Shown one piece after another: positions 18,293 to 29,777 of a stretch of DNA of 34,738 nucleotides. The stretch spans positions 1 to 34,738 of the forward strand of contig JBHJGN010000065.1 of assembly GCA_050331735.1 (NCBI GenBank), given 5' to 3'. The DNA comes from Cyanophyceae cyanobacterium (GTDB taxonomy: Bacteria > Cyanobacteriota > Cyanobacteriia > Cyanobacteriales > JBHJGN01). The translations under genes were made by a program, and so were the position numbers. The stretch's first letter is position 1, and the number at the start of each line of letters is the position of its first letter. Under the pieces are notes generated by a model. It had not been told where the DNA came from. It searched no databases and saw only the letters and a list, made by a program, of their open reading frames with translations.

Positions 18293-19730
18293 GGGCTGCC
18301 TCCTGAGATAGGGGAAAGACGATGGTAAAAGTAGACCCAACCCCCAGGGCTGAGTCTAGCTCAACCCAACCGCGATGGGCCGTCGCAATGGCTTCGACAA
18401 TCGCTAATCCTAAGCCTGCCCCCTCGCCGGGAGTATAGCGATCGCCATCACTCGCGCGAGCAAAGCGCTCAAAGATTCGTTCTTGGTCAGCGGGGGCGAT
18501 GCCAACTCCTGTATCGCGCACCCACAGGTAAGCGTACTCGTCCTGCACGGTTGACCCCAAAGCAATCGTATCGCCTGTTTGGGTATGCCGAATCGCGTTC
18601 TGAATCAGATTCATCACGGCTTGGGTCAAACGTCCCCGGTCGATTGCCACTGGACTTAAACCTTTTGATTCTAGTCGCCAGTTCCGTTGAGCAAGGGCTT
18701 GGGCTTTAAAATAGAGTTCTTCGGTCAACCAGTCTAGTTCCTCCAGTTTAAGACACAAGAAATGAGGCTGCTCAGCCTTGGCAATCAGCAGGAGGTCATT
18801 GACTAAACGGCTCATGCGGTCCAGTTCATCGGTAACTAACTCAATGGTCTCGCGCTGCTTTTCGGGTCGGTACTGAAGGATTTCTAGCTGACCCTGAATA
18901 ACGGTAATCGGCGTACGGAGTTCGTGTCCCGCATCTTTGAGAAACTCTTGCTGAGTGGCAAAGCCGGTCTGTAGGCGGTCGAGCATGGCGTTAAACGTCG
19001 CGCTCAGCTCGGCAATTTCGTCGTTTCCGGTCACGGCAATGCGCTCTGCCATATCGGTTTGGGAAATGGCGCGAGCCGTCTCTGTCACCCGACGCAGGGG
19101 CAGTAGAACCCGTCCTGCGGTGGTCCAGGCGATCGCAAAAAAGAGCATCAACACAACCGTTGCCACTTTAATCACGAGAATAATAATGCGGGTGCCAGTT
19201 TGGTAATCTGCTCTAGCATCGCGCACGGCTACGACCACTCCCCCAGTGCCATTGACTTCAATGGGTTGGGCGACTGAATAAATGGGTCCGTCCGGGAGAA
19301 TCAACTCGCTGCGCGTCAAGTCGGTAACGGTTGCCCATTCCGATCGTAATTGGGATTGGGCGATCGCATTCGGTAGAGGCGACTGAGGAGAGTAGATCTG
19401 TCCGTCGATCAGGGCAAAAATGTATTGATCTCTAGTAGGAACGTAGAGAGGTAAAAGCGCTGCGACACTGTCTTCTAAGGTAGATTGAGTATCTTGCTCG
19501 ACTAAGCGCTTAAATCTGCCGACCTCTGCCGCGATCGCCTCTTGACCGCGACTTTGTAATAAGTTGCAGAAAATTTGGCGAGTGACCCCAACAGAGACTA
19601 ACACAGTACAGGTGGTCAACAGAAAGTACCACGCGAGGATGCGAAAGCGAACGCTAGTAAACTGCTGCCTAAAGGACCGATTGTTTTGAGTTAGTTTTCT
19701 ATTCTTTGGTCTCAAGATGTTAATTTTCAT
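18198..19730 (-). CDS. Sensor histidine kinase (2 TM, HAMP, HisKA, HATPase)
   Basis: DEIAELSATFNAML, AGHELRTPIT, NLIQNAIRH, DTGVGI and GAGLGLAIV. Confidence 0.93.
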   Translation of the reverse strand: MKINILRPKNRKLTQNNRSFRQQFTSVRFRILAWYFLLTTCTVLVSVGVTRQIFCNLLQSRGQEAIAAEVGRFKRLVEQDTQSTLEDSVAALLPLYVPTRDQYIFALIDGQIYSPQSPLPNAIAQSQLRSEWATVTDLTRSELILPDGPIYSVAQPIEVNGTGGVVVAVRDARADYQTGTRIIILVIKVATVVLMLFFAIAWTTAGRVLLPLRRVTETARAISQTDMAERIAVTGNDEIAELSATFNAMLDRLQTGFATQQEFLKDAGHELRTPITVIQGQLEILQYRPEKQRETIELVTDELDRMSRLVNDLLLIAKAEQPHFLCLKLEELDWLTEELYFKAQALAQRNWRLESKGLSPVAIDRGRLTQAVMNLIQNAIRHTQTGDTIALGSTVQDEYAYLWVRDTGVGIAPADQERIFERFARASDGDRYTPGEGAGLGLAIVEAIATAHRGWVELDSALGVGSTFTIVFPLSQEAAHEPNPHCRRQPPHRRVHRSWTSSPRVHNSCR

Positions 19731-19815
19731 CAGTGCTTTTTACATTACATTTGTGCCTAGTACGACTATTGCTAAAATGCTTGCGAAAAACTAACTTTTT
19801 TATTCTACAGCTCTC

Positions 19816-21111
19816 TTATAGAGAGAGATTTTTGCTATTAAACGCGAAAACCTGCCGCATCGAGCGCTCGCGTAAAAAGTAATCCTTCAACCAAGCTCCT
19901 AAAAGTTTGAAGCGGTTCGACAGTCCTGGTAAATAGTAGAGATGAATTCCTAACCATAGCAGCCACGCTAAAGAACCACTGAGGGGAATTTTGCCTAGTA
20001 GATAAGCCACTCCCGCGTTGCGAGCAATAATAGCGGCTGTCCCTTTGTTGAAATAGTCAAACGGTTTTGGGGATTTTCCTCTTAATTGTCGCTTAATATT
20101 TTCGGCGACGGCTCCTCCCTGTTGTAAGGCTTCTGGGGCGACTCCGATGAGAGGTGTCCCGTCTTGTTCTACGTAGGTGGCATCTCCAACAATATAAACG
20201 TGAGGAGCTTCTGGTAGCTGGAGAGTCGGTAAAACTTTGACTTTGTTGGCGTTAGCGGTGGAAAAACTTCCTTCTGGTTGAGGAAAAGTAGCTTCTACTC
20301 CCGCCGTCCAGATCACTGTAGAGGTCTCAAGGGTCGTTCCGTCTTCCAAACAGACTGCTGTAGGCGAAACGGCTTTGACCCGATTATTAAAATGGACTTT
20401 AATTTGGCGATCGCGCAGTTGACGCAGAGTATACTTTCGCAAACGTTCGGGATAGGTCTTGAGTAAACTTGCTCCCGACTGCAATAAAACCACTCTAGCT
20501 TGGCGTAATTCCAGTTGAGGATAATCTTGAGTCAAACAGTCGCGAATCAGTTCCTGCAAAGCACCAGCCATTTCTACTCCGGTCGGACCACCACCGACAA
20601 TGACAAAAGTCATGAGTTGCTCTCGCCGTTCTACATCATGTTCGGGTAGTTTTGCCGCTTGCTCAAAGCAGTGAATGATGTGATGGCGTAGAGTGACGGC
20701 ATCTGCTAACGTTCTTAACGGGAAGGTATGTTGCGGTGCGCCAGATACCTGTAAAAAAGTCGTTTGACTTCCCGTAGCAATAACGAGATAATCGTATGCT
20801 ACTGATAGGTTGTCCGTAATCACACTTCTAGTTTCTAAATCGATCTGTTTAACGTCTGCCATCAAGAAACTAGCGTTCCTAATCTTTCGTAATATCCGGC
20901 GGAGAGGGTAGGCAATGAGTTCCGGTTCGATAAAACCCGTGGCTACCTGATAGAGGAGAGGAATAAAAGTGTGGTAGTTATGGCGGTCGATTAATAATAC
21001 TTCTGCTTCAGCACCGGATAAGCGTTTAACGGCTCTTAACCCCGCAAATCCTGCTCCTATTACGACAATTTTGGTTTTTTTGGCGGTAAGGTTTGTTTCT
21101 GTCACGATCAA
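19816..21111 (-). CDS. Type II NADH dehydrogenase-like FAD oxidoreductase
   Basis: VVIGAGFAGL, PLLYQVATG, YDYLVIATGS, IVGGGPTGVEMAG, WTAGV and YIVGD. Confidence 0.9.
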   Translation of the reverse strand: MIVTETNLTAKKTKIVVIGAGFAGLRAVKRLSGAEAEVLLIDRHNYHTFIPLLYQVATGFIEPELIAYPLRRILRKIRNASFLMADVKQIDLETRSVITDNLSVAYDYLVIATGSQTTFLQVSGAPQHTFPLRTLADAVTLRHHIIHCFEQAAKLPEHDVERREQLMTFVIVGGGPTGVEMAGALQELIRDCLTQDYPQLELRQARVVLLQSGASLLKTYPERLRKYTLRQLRDRQIKVHFNNRVKAVSPTAVCLEDGTTLETSTVIWTAGVEATFPQPEGSFSTANANKVKVLPTLQLPEAPHVYIVGDATYVEQDGTPLIGVAPEALQQGGAVAENIKRQLRGKSPKPFDYFNKGTAAIIARNAGVAYLLGKIPLSGSLAWLLWLGIHLYYLPGLSNRFKLLGAWLKDYFLRERSMRQVFAFNSKNLSL

Positions 21112-21318
21112 AAAGAAGTCGAGCGATTGTTGTTTTTCACGACGCGCCTATTTCTTGGCGGAGAGGCTCATTATTGATACTAATTGGAAAAAAGAATGAG
21201 AGACTTAAATAGTTGGGAAAAGGGGAACGGCAAGCACAGCTAATCTTTCCCCTCTAACCTCCAACTCTTTGCTAGTTTGAGAAACTCTCTGACTAATTTC
21301 GGTAACTGATATGAGCTC

Positions 21319-21729
21319 TCATTGAGAATTGATTCGTCTCGTCCGTTTGTCGGCAGAGGAGCGATCGTCAATCCTGAGTGCTCCAGGTCCAGCATAGATT
21401 AGCATTAATAGACCGCCGATTAAACCAAGATTTTTGAGAAAGTCGATGAGCTGGCTGGGATCGGCAATCGGATTATGAAAGACCAACGTAGCAGGAATAA
21501 GAAAGAGGATGAGCAAAACTGAGCCTACTTTAACCCGATAACCGAGTAACAAAGAAGCTGCTCCCAATAGCTCAAAGGCTACTGCTCCAGCTAACAGTAC
21601 GTTAGCAAGGGGTAAGCCTTGCTGCGTCAGCATTTGCACATCCTCTTCAAAAGCTAACACCTTACTAACTCCTGTTTGGAAAAAGATTAAGCACAGACAA
21701 ATCCGGGCTGCTAGGGCTACATATTCCAT
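21319..21729 (-). CDS. DoxX-family membrane protein (paralog)
   Basis: ARICLCLIFFQTGVSK...FLIPATLVFHNPI...FLKNLGLIGGLL, clearly similar to 13985-14398. Confidence 0.88.
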   Translation of the reverse strand: MEYVALAARICLCLIFFQTGVSKVLAFEEDVQMLTQQGLPLANVLLAGAVAFELLGAASLLLGYRVKVGSVLLILFLIPATLVFHNPIADPSQLIDFLKNLGLIGGLLMLIYAGPGALRIDDRSSADKRTRRINSQ

Positions 21730-21866
21730 TAGAATGGCTCCTTTTGCGTGAACTGTGTAGGTTAAGAGTATTTACTGCCAGAGATAAATTGAAGTGGCAA
21801 GCAGTTTGTATTAGACAGAGAAAGCCGATGAATGCAGGGAGTTTGGCGAGCGGCTTTCCGACGCTC

Positions 21867-22217
21867 CTATCTAGTGGTGAGATTATTCAACATAGAATCA
21901 ACCGCATTAATGTATCCTCTATTGTTAGTAATATCTGGCATCACTCGTCCGGTTTCCACTCCAGCCTGGACAAGATCTTCAGCACTAATATTTCCTAGCG
22001 AGTAGGCAGCGACAAGGGCTTTGGAACTCGGAATTCCTTGATTGGCAAAGTAGCCGCGATGCGCTAAATGAACAAGGCTATTGGGTGAAGTTTCTGTTAA
22101 AGCAGGTTTAATGTTATTGAGAGTGGCAGCATTGAGCGTGGTTTCAGAGGCTTGAACGGCTGGTGAAGCGGCTGCTATTAAAAGTGTAGAGATCAGACTG
22201 CTGGTAAAACGTTCCAT
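21867..22217 (-). CDS. Small secreted hypothetical protein
   Basis: ATG 22217 with AAGAGGA RBS. Signal peptide MERFTSSLISTLLIAAASPAVQA, then LVHLAHRGYFANQGIPS. Confidence 0.7.
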   Translation of the reverse strand: MERFTSSLISTLLIAAASPAVQASETTLNAATLNNIKPALTETSPNSLVHLAHRGYFANQGIPSSKALVAAYSLGNISAEDLVQAGVETGRVMPDITNNRGYINAVDSMLNNLTTR

Positions 22218-22491
22218 TGTTTTTCCTCTTGATACTTTTTCAATCAGTTCAGCCTTAAACGTGGCTGACAATTATCAGTATTAAGGAGAAGTATGAATTA
22301 CCAATAACGCGAACATGAAAGCTTTTTTAGAAACTGAGCGATGAGTATACCTAGGCGAATCAGAAGAAGCGCGTAAGTGGCTAGACATGATTTGTCAGAT
22401 GGAGAGATTTGTGGGGAAGGGAGATAGGGAGAGCAGTAAGTTTTTATGTTTGGGATAATCATGTCCACCTACTTATCGGCTGTGTTCTCGC

Positions 22492-23388
22492 TCAATGGAG
22501 GTCGTCTAATTTGGTCGCCACTTCTCGAACAACCTCTAGAAACCTCTGTAGAACAGGAGACAATCCTGTTGGCTGCCACGCTGCGACGAGTTCTAACTCT
22601 GGGGTTGGAACATCTAGTTCGCGATAAACGACACCAGGACGATTGAGATTCTGAAGACTAGCAGAGACAAAGCTCACGCCAATTCCGGCTGCTACTAAAC
22701 CAATCATGGTGGGTTGTGGAGTAACTTCCTGCACTATTTTGGGGTTAAAACCCGCTTGCTGACAAATAGATAAGATGCGGCTGTAGAGTGATGGTCCTTC
22801 CTGTTGGGGAAATAGAATGAAAGACTGGTCTGACAATTTGCGAACAGGGATTTGAGGAAAAGACGTTAACGGATGACCCTCTGGCAAGGCTAACACCATT
22901 TTTTCGGTCATGATCGAAACGGTTTCAAAGTTGCCGTCTATAGGCGGATGCAGGAAACCAACTTCAATATCTCCGGCTCTTAACGCTTCTAGCTGGTGGT
23001 GAGTACAAATTTCTCTGAGGACCAATTCAACTTCAGGAGAGCGATCGCGAAAGGTACGAACAATCTCCGGTAAAACGGTATAGAGAGCGGGTCCAGTATA
23101 TCCGATTATTAGACTGCCGAGTTCCCCGCGCTCGGCTTTCTGTACTACCGTAACGGCTTTCTCGACTTGCTCTAAAATCTGTTTCGCTTCTGCAAAAAAG
23201 AGTTTTCCTGGTTTGGTAAGCTGTACGGTGCGTTTAGTCCGAGAAAATAGCTGAACCCCTAATTCTTGCTCTAAACGGCGAATCTGGTCGCTAATGACGG
23301 GTTGAGTAATGTGAACTTTAGCCGCAGCCCGTCCAAAGTGCAGTTCTTCTGCTACTGCAACAAAGTATTTTAAATGTCGAAGTTCCAT
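22492..23388 (-). CDS. LysR-family transcriptional regulator
   Basis: MELRHLKYFVAVAEELHFGRAA...LEQELGVQLFSRTKRTVQLT. Confidence 0.95.
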   Translation of the reverse strand: MELRHLKYFVAVAEELHFGRAAAKVHITQPVISDQIRRLEQELGVQLFSRTKRTVQLTKPGKLFFAEAKQILEQVEKAVTVVQKAERGELGSLIIGYTGPALYTVLPEIVRTFRDRSPEVELVLREICTHHQLEALRAGDIEVGFLHPPIDGNFETVSIMTEKMVLALPEGHPLTSFPQIPVRKLSDQSFILFPQQEGPSLYSRILSICQQAGFNPKIVQEVTPQPTMIGLVAAGIGVSFVSASLQNLNRPGVVYRELDVPTPELELVAAWQPTGLSPVLQRFLEVVREVATKLDDLH

Positions 23389-23399
23389 CGTCGCTTTGA

Positions 23400-23420
23400 T
23401 TAATAGCTTGAAGCTATTAA
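23400..23420. promoter_or_regulatory. Putative LysR recognition site
   Basis: Perfect palindrome TTAATAGCTT-G-AAGCTATTAA containing T-N11-A (23404/23416), in the divergent intergenic region. Confidence 0.7.
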
Positions 23421-23510
23421 ACTCTCTGCATAAATCTATTGGACATTATAAATAGCGGCGTTTTATCTTATAGAAAAGCTAAGAATAACAATCAGTTTAA
23501 AAATATAAGC

Positions 23511-24071
23511 ATGGCTCGCCAAAAATGGTTATTTAGGCTCGTTCTGCTATGTTTTTCAGTGGCAATAAGCCTCTGGCTAACCCGCATCGGTTCTTCTCAG
23601 TCCGTAGAATTTCCCTACAACTATCGAAAAGAGTTTTTTCATTACGCCTCGATTGCCTGTCCGAATAGTCAGATCGTGCGTCAAATATACGCTAATCCGA
23701 TAGCCCTCAATGCGGCTAAAGAAAACCACCCACTACCCAATGGTTCGGTCATTGTCATGGAGACTCATTCTGCGACATCTGATGTTAATGGGCAACTAAC
23801 GCCAACTCGCCTGAATAACGTGTTCATTCGTGAAAAGCGATCGCAGTTTGGCAAAGAACATCCAGAGAATCTGCGTAACGGGAACTGGAAATATGCCTAG
23901 TTTAGTTCCACAGGAAGCTTAGTGTCTAGCCACGAAGAGTCTTGTTTGGGTTGCCATACCAGAGTCAGAGATAGAGAATACGTCTTTACTCTGCCAGATT
24001 TAGTTGTCGCAGCACAGACGAATGAGTTGCAGTCTAGATCCACTGAATTTGGACTATCTGTTTGCAATTAA
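23511..24071 (+). pseudogene. Cytochrome P460/c'-beta family haem c protein with in-frame TAG
   Basis: Signal/TM peptide, RQIYANP.A, LPNGSVIVME and NGNWKYA, then TAG (23898-23900), then in-frame FSSTG...SCLGCH...YVFT to TAA 24069-24071. Confidence 0.8.
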
Positions 24072-24092
24072 CTTATTGAATTAGTGTTGACT

Positions 24093-25412
24093 ATGAACTT
24101 AAAGAAATGGTTTGCTGTTCCTCTGGCATTAGCAGCGATCGCTCCAGCATTCGCTCAAAGAACAGCGCCAATGGATTTTCAAGGACGTTACTTAGTCGCA
24201 GTTTCCGACGCAGATATGCTGGCATCAGCTTATATCGATGGTCGTTTAGGATCCCGCGAAGGCGAAGATGCTCTCAGCGTGATTCCGGTTGGTCAGCACG
24301 TCAGTCAGCTACAGGCTTACGAAACTCCCGCCAGCAACTCAGTGGCGGGCCCTCCTGTGGCTGTTGCCGTTACTCCCGATGGACGATATGCCCTCGTTGT
24401 CGAAACCTTTACTCAGCGTCCTGAAGGTGCAGCCGAAAATCAAACGTTCGCCGATTTAGAACAGGGAAATCGCATTTTAGTGATCGACCTTCAAAACCCG
24501 ACTAATCCTCGTCTCGTTCAAGATCTAGCTATTGCCGAGCGTCCTGATTCTGTCAGTGTTAACTTTGATGGCTCCCTCGTTGCTGTCTCTTTTAATCCTA
24601 ATGGTGCAGGAACAGAAACTCCTCTAGCTTTAATTCCTTTTAATGAGGGGCAATTGGGCGACCCGGTTTATCCTCCCGTTAGCAGTATCCCTCAAGGAGA
24701 AAGATTAATTCATGCGGAATGGCATCCGACGGAAAATGTTTTAGCTTTGATGAACGAAACCGCAGCCGAAGTTTCTTTTGCCAGATCAAATAACTTAGAA
24801 CTCGAACCGTGGGGAAACGTTATTCAGATTGAGAAAGCTCCTTACATGGGCAGATTTACTCTCGATGGTCGGCATTTGATCGTTAATAATTTGTATTGGG
24901 GTGAGGATGTCGAGGGAAGATGGACGGAAGCCCCTAAAGGCAGCATCAATAGCATTCGCCTAGAAGCTGGAACCCAGGAAGATGGTTCCCCCCGACATGC
25001 TTTGATTTCGCGATCGCAGACGGGGGTTAGCCCTGAAGGAATAGCCATTAGTCCTGACGGTCGCTATGTGGTGACAACAAATCTAGAGCGCAGCTATCTT
25101 CCCTACGACGACAAGCGCATTACCTGGTATTCTTCTCTGACTCTAGCAACTCTAGACCCCGAAACCGGACAGCTCAATCACGTTGGCGATTATCCTTTTG
25201 ATGGTATTTTACCCGAAGCCGCTGCCTTTGATGCTTCAGGGCAGTATTTAGCGGTTGTCAATTACGACCATTTCGACGACTCGATTGAAGGAGGCAGTAT
25301 CGATTTTTGGCGTATCGGTGCAGATCCTCTCAATCCTCAACCGCAATTGATCAAAACTAACTATTCTGTTCCAGTAACGCGAGGAGTTCACTCGCTGGTG
25401 TTGGTTAAATAA
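24093..25412 (+). CDS. Secreted beta-propeller (lactonase/YVTN-like) protein
   Basis: Signal peptide MNLKKWFAVPLALAAIAPAFA. Repeated blade motifs AVTPDGRYALV, PEGIAISPDGRYVV and PEAAAFDASGQYLAV. Confidence 0.75.
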   Translation: MNLKKWFAVPLALAAIAPAFAQRTAPMDFQGRYLVAVSDADMLASAYIDGRLGSREGEDALSVIPVGQHVSQLQAYETPASNSVAGPPVAVAVTPDGRYALVVETFTQRPEGAAENQTFADLEQGNRILVIDLQNPTNPRLVQDLAIAERPDSVSVNFDGSLVAVSFNPNGAGTETPLALIPFNEGQLGDPVYPPVSSIPQGERLIHAEWHPTENVLALMNETAAEVSFARSNNLELEPWGNVIQIEKAPYMGRFTLDGRHLIVNNLYWGEDVEGRWTEAPKGSINSIRLEAGTQEDGSPRHALISRSQTGVSPEGIAISPDGRYVVTTNLERSYLPYDDKRITWYSSLTLATLDPETGQLNHVGDYPFDGILPEAAAFDASGQYLAVVNYDHFDDSIEGGSIDFWRIGADPLNPQPQLIKTNYSVPVTRGVHSLVLVK

Positions 25413-25423
25413 AATCAAAACCT

Positions 25424-25830
25424 TTAAATAGATTTTTCTAGTTGGACAAGCACTTTACTTCCTTCCCAAAGTTCTACAGCTTTGTACCTATCGTGAGACT
25501 CTACAGAAGATTCAACTTGCTTAAATCCATCAAAATATTTTCCTGATACATCATCTAAGTCAGAATTTAAGACCAGCGATGCTAGTGCTTTGCCCATCTT
25601 CTTAGAGTTTCGGAAGCGAAAAATGTGAAACAATAAATCAGGAAAACTATCCAGTAATAATTTAACAGTTTCTTTTTGGCTATAATCACGAGGAAGTTGA
25701 GTATCCAACATTAAGCCTGGATTGAAAGCGTTAACCCAAATTCTTGTTTGATAATTTTGAAGTCGGAGTGCAAGCTCATAAGTACACAGTAAATTACAGA
25801 GCTTAGATGTCGTGTATCGACATCTTCCCC
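25424..25830 (-). pseudogene. C-terminal fragment of a retinol-DH/POR-like SDR
   Basis: Upstream of ORF 25711 the frame continues GRCRYTTSKLCNLLCTYEL...VNAFNPGLMLDT, and later SGKYFDG..SSVES. No Rossmann N-terminus is present. Confidence 0.75.
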
Positions 25831-25930
25831 TTCAGCAGGCTTAGGTGTATACTTTGCTACAGAAAATCAAGAGAGACGAGAAGACTAGCTTAAACCAGTG
25901 TTTTGCGATCGCCTGGTCTCTATATTGATC

Positions 25931-26809
25931 TCATCGAGTGAGGTAGCCTCCGTTGATCCAAATTGTTTGACCTGTAATCCACTGGGAACCTGGCAGGGCG
26001 AGAAACTCCACTAACGGAACTAAATCGCTAATTTGACCGAGGCGACCAGCTACAGCCAGATTAGCGGCAAAGCGAGCGGATTCCGGCGTTTCTTGCTCGT
26101 GGAAGAACGGCGTGTCAAACGGACCCGGGGAAACGGTGTTAACAGTAATACCACGCTCGCCTAGTTCTCGCGCACCCATGCGAGTCACTTCCTCCATCAT
26201 TGCCTTGGTTCCCGCGTAGGCAGAGTAATTGGGAGCCATTCCCGCCAGCAGTGAAGTGCCAATGTTAATAATGCGTCCGTTGTCCGCTATCCGGCGGGCG
26301 GCTTCTCGCATACACAAGTAGGTGCCGCGTGTATTGATATTAATCATCCGCTCCAAATCTTCGTCGGTCACTTCAGCTATTGGCTTTTTCACAATGGCTC
26401 CAGCGTTGTTAATCAAAATATCCAGGCGACCGAATTCAAACGCAGTGTCAAACGTCCGCTTGACCGTTTCCGCCTGACCCAAATCGCCCTGCACCAGAGC
26501 AGCACGCGCTCCTTGCGCTTCTACTAACCGCGCCGTTTCCTCTGCCTGATCCCGCGTTGACTCTCGATGGTAATGGACCACGACATCCGCACCGTGTTTG
26601 GCGAGCGCTTCGGCAAAAGCACGGCCAAAGTTAGCCCGAGCGCCAGTTACAATTGCTACTTTGCCCGTCAGTTCTCCTTGAGAATTGGTAGTAGCTGGGC
26701 TAGGCGACGGAGTCTGGGGATCTTGGGCGGTAGCTTGCCCGGTGACAATGGCTCCTGCTACGCTGGTTGCTCCGATCGCGCCAAGAAACTTACGTCGATT
26801 AGTACTCAT
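25931..26809 (-). CDS. SDR oxidoreductase with twin-arginine-like leader
   Basis: NRRKFLG leader, VTGARANFG, NNAG, YAGTK and GQTIWINGG. Confidence 0.9.
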   Translation of the reverse strand: MSTNRRKFLGAIGATSVAGAIVTGQATAQDPQTPSPSPATTNSQGELTGKVAIVTGARANFGRAFAEALAKHGADVVVHYHRESTRDQAEETARLVEAQGARAALVQGDLGQAETVKRTFDTAFEFGRLDILINNAGAIVKKPIAEVTDEDLERMININTRGTYLCMREAARRIADNGRIINIGTSLLAGMAPNYSAYAGTKAMMEEVTRMGARELGERGITVNTVSPGPFDTPFFHEQETPESARFAANLAVAGRLGQISDLVPLVEFLALPGSQWITGQTIWINGGYLTR

Positions 26810-26908
26810 GTTTATTGCTTAATATTTTCTTTATAAATCGTAGGTAATGTTGGCAGAATAAGAAGTATCTTCCTGATACTGAAACGACTAGATCGAGATC
26901 CAGCTTGA

Positions 26909-27511
26909 TTAATCAAGCAAAATAATGGCATCAGCTTGGCGGCTAATTTGCCGATTTTGTTCTAATCTGGCTAAAGCTCGCGATACGGTTCGCGGAGACA
27001 AATACAGCTCAGCAGCAACTGTTTTCAGCGGCTGGTTGACAACAACGGTTTGATTGCGAGCAGCCGCCGCTTGATAGCGTAAATATTGTAGTAACCGCTG
27101 ATGAGCGGCTCTAATCTGGAGGAGTTCTAAACGAACTTCCAAAGCTTGAATTTTCTTGAGTAGCCGCTCTCTAAAATCCGCTGCTAGCTCTGGATGTTGA
27201 TGGAGCGCTTCTCTCAGCAGCGCTGGAGGAAACGCGATCGCTCTTGAAGGAACCTCGGCAATGGCTGTATAAGGAGAAAAATCTGAGAGGAAAGTATTTT
27301 CACCCAAACTTTCCCCCCGGTTCACTACCTGTAGAACCACCGTTCTGCCTTCAATCGTAGAGCGAACTAGCTTGATGCGTCCGTTGGTAACAATTAAAAC
27401 ATTCCGCGAGCGATCGCCTTGGCGAAACAGTATTTGGTCTGCCGCAAACGAGTAACTGGTGGTGGCGTTTTGTAGAAAAGATGGCAGGCTCTGAAAATTT
27501 GAAAGTTGCAT
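26909..27511 (-). CDS. Crp/Fnr-family regulator
   Basis: LFRQGD..GRIKL..GESLGE cNMP-binding domain. C-terminal HTH AAELYLSPRTVSRALARL. Confidence 0.88.
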   Translation of the reverse strand: MQLSNFQSLPSFLQNATTSYSFAADQILFRQGDRSRNVLIVTNGRIKLVRSTIEGRTVVLQVVNRGESLGENTFLSDFSPYTAIAEVPSRAIAFPPALLREALHQHPELAADFRERLLKKIQALEVRLELLQIRAAHQRLLQYLRYQAAAARNQTVVVNQPLKTVAAELYLSPRTVSRALARLEQNRQISRQADAIILLD

Positions 27512-27515
27512 TCTC

Positions 27516-28556
<1,041 letters not shown>

Positions 28557-28880
28557 CTATGTGAAATTGAGCTAACTCCAAACCAACGAGGGGTCTGAGT
28601 CGTACCTTTACCAAACCAGTCGCGAGCCGTTGCCGAAGTAGAGATCGCAGCCACAGTAGCCGCTACAGTAGCACACAATTTGGGGTGTTTTTTCAGCATG
28701 GAGTTTGAAGAACTTTGAGCACTATTTCTAAATCAGCCGCTTTGCCAACGGTGGAACCGTTAAGTCTCCGGCTCGATGCGTTTGACTAGTGTTTTTTGCT
28801 TTCACTTTTGAATATAGGCGCTCAAGCTGGCGGCTGTCTTTTCAATTTCTCCAAAAACTTTTCAAATCTTCAGAACTTTC

Positions 28881-29777
28881 TCAAAAGGCATTACGATAGG
28901 TTCTCGGAGTCATGCCAGTCTGTTTGCGAAATACGGTGGAAAAGTGGCTTTGATTGGCGAAGCCGACTTGTTGAGCTACCTCAATAAGGGGCAAACGAGT
29001 CTTTTTGAGCAACCGTTTTGCTGATTCAATGCGACGCTGAGTGACATACTGGTGCGGAGAAACGCCAGTCGCTTGCTTAAAGAGGCTAGCAAAATAATTA
29101 GGACTCATTTGCACAACAGCAGCTAGTTCAGCAAGAGAAAGATCGCGATCGAGCAGCTCGTTAATGTAGCTAATCACCTGCTTCAGTTGCGATTGCGAGA
29201 GTCCGCCTGAAGTGTACTGACCTTGAGTCCCCGTTGTGCAATAGTGGCGCAGCACGTGCATGGCAAAGGCATTAGCGATCGCTTCTAGATAGAGGCAATT
29301 GTTCCATCCTTGGGTTTCGAGTTCGGTTTTAAGAGACAAGCCCAGTTGATAGAGGAGTGAATCGTTTCTTTGGCACAAAGGCGTTAGAGACACCCGATCT
29401 GGCTCGCTCCATTCTGGTGCAACGTGAGAGAGCCTGTGCGGATCGAGGATCGCCAACAAATAATCATGCTCGGTATCCCAATAGGTTCGATGGGCAACCT
29501 GAGCGGGAATAATACAAACATCGCCATTTCTAGTGTGTTCGGGATGTCGCTGCCCGTCTAACCATCGCTCGCGCTGTAAAGGAGACTGAATCTGGTTGTG
29601 AATAACAACTAGATGCTGACGAGCAACAATTTCGGGCAATTCGTGGGGGGGTTGACGATGATACTCTAGCTGAATACCCAATCCAGGAGTTTGACTCGCA
29701 AACAGGGGCAGACGCGGCGTAATTTCATGGGCTGACCGATCGGAAAAATCTACAACCTTTGCACCTGTATTCGTCAT
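28881..29777 (-). CDS. AraC-family transcriptional regulator
   Basis: LSLAELAAVVQMSPNYFASLFKQATG...GFANQSHFSTVFRKQTGMTP. Confidence 0.95.
   Translation of the reverse strand: MTNTGAKVVDFSDRSAHEITPRLPLFASQTPGLGIQLEYHRQPPHELPEIVARQHLVVIHNQIQSPLQRERWLDGQRHPEHTRNGDVCIIPAQVAHRTYWDTEHDYLLAILDPHRLSHVAPEWSEPDRVSLTPLCQRNDSLLYQLGLSLKTELETQGWNNCLYLEAIANAFAMHVLRHYCTTGTQGQYTSGGLSQSQLKQVISYINELLDRDLSLAELAAVVQMSPNYFASLFKQATGVSPHQYVTQRRIESAKRLLKKTRLPLIEVAQQVGFANQSHFSTVFRKQTGMTPRTYRNAF

Noticed and set aside
23439..23510. TTG-start extension of the cytochrome ORF
   Set aside because: It overlaps the AT-rich promoter region; ATG 23511 gives a proper signal peptide.
28840..28880. Imperfect TTGAAAAG direct repeats (minus strand) as an AraC site
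   Set aside because: The position is plausible, but the repeats are too degenerate and AT-rich to support a call.
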